Source of the DNA: a virus
Taxonomy: Duplodnaviria; Caudoviricetes
Direction: 5' to 3' (one strand)
DNA: 64,000 bases
Virus record (IMG/VR): IMGVR_UViG_3300025084_000012
Location: 15,125 to 79,124 of that record
The notes beneath the pieces were generated by a model. The model saw only the letters and a list, made by a program, of their open reading frames with translations, had not been told where the DNA came from and did no database searches. The position numbers and the translations under genes are program-made. This document shows, one piece after another, positions 56,433-64,000 of the stretch (the first letter of the stretch is position 1; each line of letters opens with the position of its first letter).

Positions 56433-56471
56433 GTTATTTCATCTCCATTTTTTTTTGTTGTTTGTGAGTTT

Positions 56472-57860
56472 TCACTCGCTGCGGTATAGCCCTCCAGCCA
56501 GTTGGTGAACTTCATCCCAACTCATGTTTGCCAAGTCTTGTGTACTTGGTACTTCGAGTGCTGGGTTGACAGACTTAGCGATTGTTTCGCCAGCGCCACC
56601 TGAAAGATTGTCGATTCGCTCATTGAGTGCTCCGAGAGCCTTCATGACTTCATCAAGAGGAGCACGAGCGTCAAAGTTTTGTGCTTGTGCTTTTGAGATT
56701 TCTTCAGCGGATTCTTGAGCGAAGCGACCTTCAAAGTTTGCTTCAAGAGACTTACGGAACGCTTCTTCTTGCTTTGCAGCCTTGAAGACACCGTATGCTT
56801 CTTCGATTCGGTGAGAGTCGATGTCACGACCAGTGATAAAGTCAGACTTTTCGACACTGCCACCACCGCTTAGTCCAGCACGCTGGATAGCGTTAGTAGA
56901 TGGGTTGCCTCCTTCTTGAGCACGACCCTTGACTTGTCCAGCAAAGTAATCAGCACCATCGCCAATTGCTTCAGGAGTGGAGCCGAGGTTTGCCTTTGCT
57001 ACTGTATCAAAGTGAGTGCGAGCAGCACCAGTGTCTACACCAGCAGACTTGAGTGTGTTTTCCATCCAGTCAAGGTATTCAGATGTGATAACATCAGAGA
57101 ACTCAGACTTCTTTTTGTCGTCTTTCTTGTCCTTCTCATCGTCTTCGTCTTTATCCATGTAAGTACCCTTCTCTTGTTTGTCGTCTTTGGGGTCATCGGA
57201 ATCAGACTTACCCTTCTTTTTCTTTTCCATAGCGGCTTGTAGCGCAGGGGGTAGTTCTCCTTTCTCCATAGAGTCCAGTCGGCCTTCTAAGCGGCTTAAT
57301 ACATCGTTCATTTGTTCCATTACTTCTTCGGTCATTTTGTTCACCTTGTTTTTGTCTTCTTTTAGTATATTGAATGTGGCTTCGGGGTTAATTCCTTTTT
57401 CGCATATTGTGATTTCGTGTAGTTCCAGTTTTGATATTTCTTGATATGAGCCGTGGGATTTGTCGCTTTTGTTTACTCGTTTGAATGCTTGTCCTCCGAT
57501 GCTAAAACCTGTTAGGTTTCCTTTTCGGATTTCACTTGATACTTCACGAGCCTTCTCGATGTCGTTTCTTAATTTGACTACAACAAACATTCCGGCATCG
57601 TCTACTTCGCTTTTCCACAACCTCCCTTGATTATCTGTATAATTTGATATTACTTCTCCGACTTGAATGTTTGAATGTGCTAATTGGACGTTTCGATACT
57701 TTGGGTCAGACATGAATTTTTTGAAAGCGTCTTTCAATGCCGACCTTGTAATTAAATCCCCTTGCTTGTCTACGAGTTCAACTGAAGCATACCCTGCCAC
57801 AATGAGGTCATTAGACCCCTTGAGGAGTTCGATACTGTTTCTACGTTGAGTTCGCAACAC
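56472..57860 (-). CDS. prohead protease fused to scaffold region
   Basis: AGYAS...VDKQGD, catalytic H (LAHS), GFSIGG, LHEIT....INPEA; charged C-terminal scaffold. Confidence 0.9.
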   Translation of the reverse strand: MLRTQRRNSIELLKGSNDLIVAGYASVELVDKQGDLITRSALKDAFKKFMSDPKYRNVQLAHSNIQVGEVISNYTDNQGRLWKSEVDDAGMFVVVKLRNDIEKAREVSSEIRKGNLTGFSIGGQAFKRVNKSDKSHGSYQEISKLELHEITICEKGINPEATFNILKEDKNKVNKMTEEVMEQMNDVLSRLEGRLDSMEKGELPPALQAAMEKKKKGKSDSDDPKDDKQEKGTYMDKDEDDEKDKKDDKKKSEFSDVITSEYLDWMENTLKSAGVDTGAARTHFDTVAKANLGSTPEAIGDGADYFAGQVKGRAQEGGNPSTNAIQRAGLSGGGSVEKSDFITGRDIDSHRIEEAYGVFKAAKQEEAFRKSLEANFEGRFAQESAEEISKAQAQNFDARAPLDEVMKALGALNERIDNLSGGAGETIAKSVNPALEVPSTQDLANMSWDEVHQLAGGLYRSE

Positions 57861-57904
57861 ACTAACTACTCCTCTGTTTGTTCACCTACATAAATAAAGC
57901 GGCA

Positions 57905-60900
57905 TCACTCTTCTTCATCCTCATCGTCTGAATCGTTGTACTGCTTGCCCTTTTTTCGTTTTAGGCGTTTGTTACGCAAATGTTCGTATTCTTCTTCCGA
58001 ATCCTCAGTAGGGCGCTCAATCATGTCCCAATCAGGGACACTTTCTTCACTGGTAAGACTGGTTGGCCCTCTTGGAGATTCAATAGCACTACCTACGTCT
58101 ATACCAAGTCCACCTCTACTCGCCCCACCAGTCATTTTTTCTTTTTGTAAAGTGTCAAGTCGTTCTGTCAAGTCAGCGATACGAGTAATTGTTTTGAGCA
58201 TTGTTTTCATACCCGGCTTCATGATGTTCATTTCATCATCAGCATCAATGACCCCAGCCGATTGTTTTTCACTATGTCTTCTGTCTTTTTTAGAATGCAT
58301 AGAGTGATAGGTTTTGTCAGGAATAATCTCCTCAACCACACTATCTTCTTTCTTATCGACTCCTTTCATCATCAACGAGACGGCTTGCTTCCATAGCGGT
58401 TTAACACTTTCAGCCAGTTGTAATGTGTAGTCAGACTGGCCTAATTCACCTATTACTGACTGTGGTGAATGCGCCCAATTTCCAGTATGACTGGATTCTG
58501 ATTTGTAAATAACCTCGTCTAACCCATCAAAAATAATAGATATTTTGTCATTTTTGAGAGTAATATCGTATGGAACTGGGATAACTGGGTGAGATTTTGC
58601 CAGTAGAGATAGCGTCTCAAGACTCGCTGGACTCTCAGCATCAGCCTCTCCTAATATCTTTGAAGAGGTTACATCATAGATTGTTTTCCCATTTCGATTC
58701 CGCTTTTTAACACCCGATACCGATATAGAAACCGTCTCACCTTCTTTGAATGGCTTGGGACTTTTGATAGTCCCAACATCAAGATATTGTTTCCCTTCAT
58801 AATCAACACCTCGATTACCAAATCCTTCAGAGTCAAGTGGGCCGGCTCCTAAACGATAAGTGTACGGCCCTTTACCTCGTACATCTAAGATGATGAAACT
58901 GACATTTTTGTTTTTACGAAGCAAGAACCATTTTGGATGTCTACGTTCTCCTCGCATATATGTTGAGTTTCCATCACGAAGCAACAACTGCTTATGTTCT
59001 TGTTGTAGGCTTTCTACTGTAGATTCAAGTCCACCGTCTTCTGTAATACGAGTATCAAATGGGCCGGGAACTAAAATTTTATCATGACTGTCAAACTGTC
59101 CTCTTAGAACTTTGAGTCGTTCTCTTACTGTCATGTCCGATACATTTGTATCATCGTAGTCAAGCAAGTCAATGATGTGGATGTTGTCTTTCATTTGCAC
59201 TGCGTCGATAATGTAATTCTTCTCGGTCAGTTTTTTGAGGCTTGCTTTGTGCTCTTCGTTGATAGGTACTGCGTTGTTGTCTCCATCGTAAGCAGTAAAG
59301 CGACTTCCCTTTCTTATGATTATCATACGCTTACCATCATAAAATGCTGAGACAACCCAATCGCCGCTAAAACCTCGTAGCGCTTCAAAATCTTTGAGAC
59401 TAAAGATACGATGCATTGGTAGAATAGGAGGAGGACGAGCCTTGTCTTCTTTCAACAAAGCGTCAGGATTCATCAACACCATCAGTGTTTCAGATGGGTC
59501 GCTTGTCGAAATAGCCATAGGGTCAATGTTTGGAGGTAGACCAGTAATGTCAGGACGATTCATATTGGTAGAAGCAACAGGAACTTGATACCCCGATGAC
59601 AATACTTGCTGAACAGCATCTTGACCGTGAACAGCAGTCATTAACTCTTCAGGAATACTATGCAAAAACTGAGGTTCAGTGTTTGTACCCACCATGATGG
59701 TTTTATTACCGGGAAATTCAGCACCAACAGATGGGTGTAATTGTGCATAACCACTATCCATCGTACCTGATGCAAACATATCTTGAACGCTAACACCTCG
59801 ACCACTCGTAACAGGGTGAATTGGGAATGAATCAAACTGTGCTTCTTTGACTTTCGTAGAAGGCGCTACTACCTTGTCCATTGTTTGTGCATTTGTTGGG
59901 TCGAATACATAGAGGTCGTGAACCCTACTCTTAGCGCTGTTAATTGGCTGATTCATATTTCCCTTTAGGCTACCAATAGCATTCATTTTCTTACCGTAGT
60001 CTTTCTTACGTTCTGAAAGTTGAACACGACTTAGACCATGTAAGTTGAGTTGATTTTCTTGATTGGGTCTAAAGAGCGTTTCTAACTGCGTCAAACTCTT
60101 TCCATACTTATCGTGAAAAACACCAGAAAATTTTCTATCAGCCTTTACTCTACCAGTAGGGTCTTCTTTAGCCGATGGTCGAGTCCGAACGTGCTCTCTT
60201 AAAATAGAATTAATTGCTTCATGATGGTCGTCAGTGGTAAACATATCATTTGCTTCTTCACCAGCGAAACTAACACCTGAGCCTAACAAATCACCATGTC
60301 GTAAAACTTTGAGGGGAGCATTCATTCCTTCAAGCAGTCTTGTAATCATGTGATTATGAGCATCATCGTTTGGTAAATTGAGAAGGGAACGAACCTTTTC
60401 AGGAGAGTGTGTAGGTAGAATCTCTTTACCAGCAGCACCCAAAACGCTTGCTATGGTGTGATGAGGTGATACAACATTATCGCCTTGAGAAAGCAATTCA
60501 CTGGCGCTTTTTTGCTCTCTCGTAACTTCACCATAGCCATGCGTTTCTAAACCATGCGCTTCGTGAGGTAATCGCATCAAAGCAAGGTTAGCATCTTTGA
60601 ATAAACGAGAAGTATTTGCTATGAACTTATCAGGAAACTCAGGATTAAAAGCATCAGAGTCTGCTTTTTCATATTCAGGTTTCATTTTTTGAGCCATAGC
60701 CAAGATAGCGTTCATGTCACTTTCATCTTTTTTCTCTGAATGATTGCCTAAATGTTCAAATGCATTAACAAAATCAGGCTGAGCCAATGTATTGATGTCA
60801 TCAATTTGAGATTCTATTTCATGCAGTCGGAGATTGGCTCGTGCGTATTCATCGCTACCTTGCTCGTAGTTCATTATCTCTTCACTAATGTTATCATACT

Positions 60901-63406
60901 CATCGTCTAATTCTTGAATAGCGGTTCGTTGTGACTCAGTTAATGCTCTTTTTGCATCAGTTTTCTTTGTTTTGTGTCCTTGATGAACACGAAACAATTC
61001 TTTACTACCTTCGTTGTGACTAAGTTTTGACCCAGCGGGTAAATTTTTTCGACTAAGACGACGATTCTTTTTCATAGGTTCATGAGGAGGATGAAGACGA
61101 CCACCCATTGTTGCATTACGATGAGTTCTTACTGAGTTTGTATGCGATTGTGTAACTTGCATACCCATACCGCCTATAGCGTTAATTGGATTTGTGCCGA
61201 AGTGATTTGCACCATCTTTATGAACATTCCAAGCAGAGCCGTTGTAGTAGATTTCCCTTTCTTTTTCACTCATGTAGCGAATTGCATTTGCATATTCTCC
61301 GTTTAGAGAAGATGCTTGTCGAAAAGGCATGTTCTTGTTGTTTCTTGGTTTACGATGAATGTGATTTGAAGAATCCCACAGGGAAGTGATACCATGCCCT
61401 CCGATGTGCTCTTTTATCTCTTTTGAATACAGAGAAGGAACGTATCGACCCCAAAGCCCTATTGTTTTTGGATTAGGAATAAATTCATTACCATCCACTT
61501 TACCAATGACAGAATAACCTTCAGCATCCTTTGGTGAAGAATCATGTATCATTTCTAAGTAATGCAAGACGTTTCTACCCATACCGCCTTGATGATGAAA
61601 CTCATCAGCAAAGTGAGCACCGAGTCCGATGATATTATTATTATCGTCAGTTAAGTAATGCTCTCTTTCATTTACTGGAATGTCAGTGATGTCATAACCG
61701 TTTGACCCTCCGTGATGAAACCAATCATGATTGCGAATTGGCTTTTGCTCTCTATTTTCCTCAGCCAACTTTTTTGCTCTGTCCATAATTTGTTTTATCT
61801 TAGGCTGAGAGACAAGCGCTCCTTCATACCCAAGTAACAAAGGATGTGAGTCCATTTCAGTCATATCTTCGTTGTAACCCATAAGACCCAGCATTGTTTT
61901 TACATTTACAAAATTTTGCTCTTTTTCATCAAGTGTCTTCAACTCTTGAAGAATACCTTCACCATGATGAACTGGATGGGCTTTTGCACCCTCATGAATT
62001 TTTGCACCTTGTCGCATCGCACTAATTGGAAGTTGGTTGATGAAATTTTCATCTTCAGGTGGTTTCTCATACGTTCCAACGTCAAAAGCATCTTGATGCT
62101 CAGTAAGAAGTTCGTTGTATTCCGATAGAAGATTGTCATACACAGATGTCGAAGATTGGTTATCACTGTCGAAAGGAATGTCTTGCATCGCCTGTATTAA
62201 GGATTGATTAATGAATCTTGACTCCCCAAAGGGTATATCTTCAATTGTCTCATAGTGTTTCCTAACATTCGCACCATGCATGTGTTGAGGTCGCATGTAG
62301 TGGTCAAATTCACCAGTAAATCTTTGAGCAAGATTTCTTTTGATACGACCAGCGCTAATACGCATACCGCCACCTAAGTCAATGTCTTGAGCATCGTGAG
62401 CGTCTGTACCAACTCCGTGAACGTGATTGATAACTTTCTGTCTTTCAAGCGGAGATAAAAATTCCAAACCATAGAGATAACCCTCGTAGCCAAGCGCTTC
62501 TCTAAGCGCTTTTGGCTCAAGTTCAGAATCACTCTTACCGCTGTAAAGATGGTCATGAATCTCCTGTTCCGTCATACCTTCCTTTGGGTCGTGCATTTCA
62601 CTGTGATATTGGTCACCCTCCCATCTGTCGGATGCATCTTCAAAGTGCATCAATTGTAGAGCGTGCTCATGTTCATCGGGTATGGGATATTTGTTCATCA
62701 TCTCTTTAACGGAGGCTGGGTTTTCTCCTTTCCATCGCTCAAAGTCTCGGAGATAAAGGTCGTGAGCATAATTGTCTTTCAAAGGCCCGAGATGATTGTA
62801 GTGTTTGACATCTTTATTTACCGCATTGTCAAACTTCGTCTTACCAACTACCGACAAGTTGTTTTGTTTTTGCTCATAGTTTTCTTTACCCTTTTCGGCT
62901 TCTTTATATCGTTGAGCCAAACTCATACCACCGGGTTTAGATGCTAAGTAGAAGCGTCGTAACTTTTCTATCATTTTTGACCTACCAGTTATGGCGTGCT
63001 TCTGACGCAAAGGGTGGTGGTCTTTGTGATGAGGATGAGACTCAGAATAATGCTGTCCTTGAGCAAACTCGGCATGAGGAAATGATGAGGCCAAATCAAA
63101 CAAAGAACGCTCTGTCATGCGTCCTTGCCACGGATGCTCACCGAGTCGCATCTCTGAGCCTCGTTCAAAACTAAATACACCCTTTTGCTTCTTATCGAAT
63201 CGGTGTCGCTTTTTTTTAACTTGCTTAAGCAAGGAGTCGCAGATTTCATCCATAGGTGTCTCTTCGATACGAACACCATGATTTTCTAAATTCATCTTAG
63301 CAAAGTGAAAGTCACCAACAGCGTAAGGAATGTCTATACCGTCTATAACTGACTTAAGCAGTTCGTTACGACTTCTGTAATACCAGTCTGTAGGAGTTTC
63401 AATCAA
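57905..63406 (-). CDS. 1833-aa head-module protein with C-terminal inactivated ATP-dependent ligase fold
   Basis: PMH, SAFYDGKR (KxDGxR with K replaced by F), IIDA, IDLL...ERLKVL, STYMRGERRHPKW; His-rich N-terminal region. Confidence 0.75.
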   Translation of the reverse strand: MIETPTDWYYRSRNELLKSVIDGIDIPYAVGDFHFAKMNLENHGVRIEETPMDEICDSLLKQVKKKRHRFDKKQKGVFSFERGSEMRLGEHPWQGRMTERSLFDLASSFPHAEFAQGQHYSESHPHHKDHHPLRQKHAITGRSKMIEKLRRFYLASKPGGMSLAQRYKEAEKGKENYEQKQNNLSVVGKTKFDNAVNKDVKHYNHLGPLKDNYAHDLYLRDFERWKGENPASVKEMMNKYPIPDEHEHALQLMHFEDASDRWEGDQYHSEMHDPKEGMTEQEIHDHLYSGKSDSELEPKALREALGYEGYLYGLEFLSPLERQKVINHVHGVGTDAHDAQDIDLGGGMRISAGRIKRNLAQRFTGEFDHYMRPQHMHGANVRKHYETIEDIPFGESRFINQSLIQAMQDIPFDSDNQSSTSVYDNLLSEYNELLTEHQDAFDVGTYEKPPEDENFINQLPISAMRQGAKIHEGAKAHPVHHGEGILQELKTLDEKEQNFVNVKTMLGLMGYNEDMTEMDSHPLLLGYEGALVSQPKIKQIMDRAKKLAEENREQKPIRNHDWFHHGGSNGYDITDIPVNEREHYLTDDNNNIIGLGAHFADEFHHQGGMGRNVLHYLEMIHDSSPKDAEGYSVIGKVDGNEFIPNPKTIGLWGRYVPSLYSKEIKEHIGGHGITSLWDSSNHIHRKPRNNKNMPFRQASSLNGEYANAIRYMSEKEREIYYNGSAWNVHKDGANHFGTNPINAIGGMGMQVTQSHTNSVRTHRNATMGGRLHPPHEPMKKNRRLSRKNLPAGSKLSHNEGSKELFRVHQGHKTKKTDAKRALTESQRTAIQELDDEYDNISEEIMNYEQGSDEYARANLRLHEIESQIDDINTLAQPDFVNAFEHLGNHSEKKDESDMNAILAMAQKMKPEYEKADSDAFNPEFPDKFIANTSRLFKDANLALMRLPHEAHGLETHGYGEVTREQKSASELLSQGDNVVSPHHTIASVLGAAGKEILPTHSPEKVRSLLNLPNDDAHNHMITRLLEGMNAPLKVLRHGDLLGSGVSFAGEEANDMFTTDDHHEAINSILREHVRTRPSAKEDPTGRVKADRKFSGVFHDKYGKSLTQLETLFRPNQENQLNLHGLSRVQLSERKKDYGKKMNAIGSLKGNMNQPINSAKSRVHDLYVFDPTNAQTMDKVVAPSTKVKEAQFDSFPIHPVTSGRGVSVQDMFASGTMDSGYAQLHPSVGAEFPGNKTIMVGTNTEPQFLHSIPEELMTAVHGQDAVQQVLSSGYQVPVASTNMNRPDITGLPPNIDPMAISTSDPSETLMVLMNPDALLKEDKARPPPILPMHRIFSLKDFEALRGFSGDWVVSAFYDGKRMIIIRKGSRFTAYDGDNNAVPINEEHKASLKKLTEKNYIIDAVQMKDNIHIIDLLDYDDTNVSDMTVRERLKVLRGQFDSHDKILVPGPFDTRITEDGGLESTVESLQQEHKQLLLRDGNSTYMRGERRHPKWFLLRKNKNVSFIILDVRGKGPYTYRLGAGPLDSEGFGNRGVDYEGKQYLDVGTIKSPKPFKEGETVSISVSGVKKRNRNGKTIYDVTSSKILGEADAESPASLETLSLLAKSHPVIPVPYDITLKNDKISIIFDGLDEVIYKSESSHTGNWAHSPQSVIGELGQSDYTLQLAESVKPLWKQAVSLMMKGVDKKEDSVVEEIIPDKTYHSMHSKKDRRHSEKQSAGVIDADDEMNIMKPGMKTMLKTITRIADLTERLDTLQKEKMTGGASRGGLGIDVGSAIESPRGPTSLTSEESVPDWDMIERPTEDSEEEYEHLRNKRLKRKKGKQYNDSDDEDEEE

Positions 63407-63418
63407 TCAAAAACCCCC

Positions 63419-63994
63419 TCAATAGGGGTTGTTGCTGAGAACCCCGTTGTTGTCAAGACGACTTACTCCGCCACCGTCGTGAGGATTCAACATAGTGGCT
63501 AACTTGTCAAGACTTACTTGCACTGATGTAGCACCTTTGTTGGCGACATCTTCGGCGTTGTATGGATATTGATTTGTGGTGTAGTAGGCGTTTCTTGTCT
63601 GACCGCCTGTTTCGGACACAAACATGACATCCATTGGAGAGGAGTTATACGATGTAGAGAAGCCGGGTTGAGAACCTTCGGCAACTGATTTTTTGACTTT
63701 TGCATGTAGTGTATTCAATCCTCTTGAGGCAAGGCTTGGCATACGAGCGTCTTCTTGTCTTTCTACATCACCTGTAGCAGATTTATCAGTCAGAGGCATA
63801 GGTGGGCCACGGAAGCCGGGTCGCTTGATTCCAACACCACGTCTTTCACCACGCTTTTGTTGTCGAGGTGGGCCTTCGTTCATTCTAAAATCGCTTTCAC
63901 CAGTGTCTTCTTGAGCATCCAGTTCACTCATCGGTGACTCATCTACTTCATCAGGAAACTGTCGCTCTCCTCGTGGTTCAGGAGATTCACCCAT
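63419..63994 (-). CDS. hypothetical protein, possibly truncated by the window edge
   Basis: 191-aa ORF; the frame is still open at position 64000. Confidence 0.6.
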   Translation of the reverse strand: MGESPEPRGERQFPDEVDESPMSELDAQEDTGESDFRMNEGPPRQQKRGERRGVGIKRPGFRGPPMPLTDKSATGDVERQEDARMPSLASRGLNTLHAKVKKSVAEGSQPGFSTSYNSSPMDVMFVSETGGQTRNAYYTTNQYPYNAEDVANKGATSVQVSLDKLATMLNPHDGGGVSRLDNNGVLSNNPY

Positions 63995-64000
63995 GTTTCT

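Noticed and set aside
57861-57904. Late promoter upstream of the prohead protease
   Set aside because: An AT-rich TTTATT-like box is present on the minus strand, but I found no second copy, so it cannot be supported as a motif.
23261-63937. Plus-strand ORFs across the virion arm
   Set aside because: They are antisense shadows of the long minus-strand genes.

Overview
This window is a large part of a tailed dsDNA virus genome (Caudoviricetes, HK97-fold capsid, apparently non-contractile tail) infecting an archaeon. The gene set (PolB, PCNA-like clamp, RFC small subunit, PriS-PriL primase fusion, MCM-like ATPase, ERCC4 nuclease, group II chaperonin) and the GGTGA/GGAGG ribosome-binding sites fit the magroviruses of Marine Group II Euryarchaeota (Poseidoniales); the host assignment is inference. 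Positions 1-22637 (+) hold early/accessory and replication genes, and 22624-64000 (-) hold the virion module, read from head to tail. The most notable observations are: (1) a possible transcription-takeover kit of five copies of a 24-nt TATA-containing motif, a single-cyclin mini-TFB, a TFS-like zinc ribbon, a PC4-like protein and a degenerate LAGLIDADG protein; (2) an unannotated 47-aa protein with two PIP boxes, in frame behind the polB stop codon; (3) two apparently inactivated ATP-dependent ligase folds, one inside an 1833-aa head-module protein; (4) a constant/variable tandem paralog array; (5) apparent avoidance of GATC, AGCT, CGCG and CCWGG; (6) a 6059-aa tail protein. All family calls come from motifs read by eye; no database searches were run.
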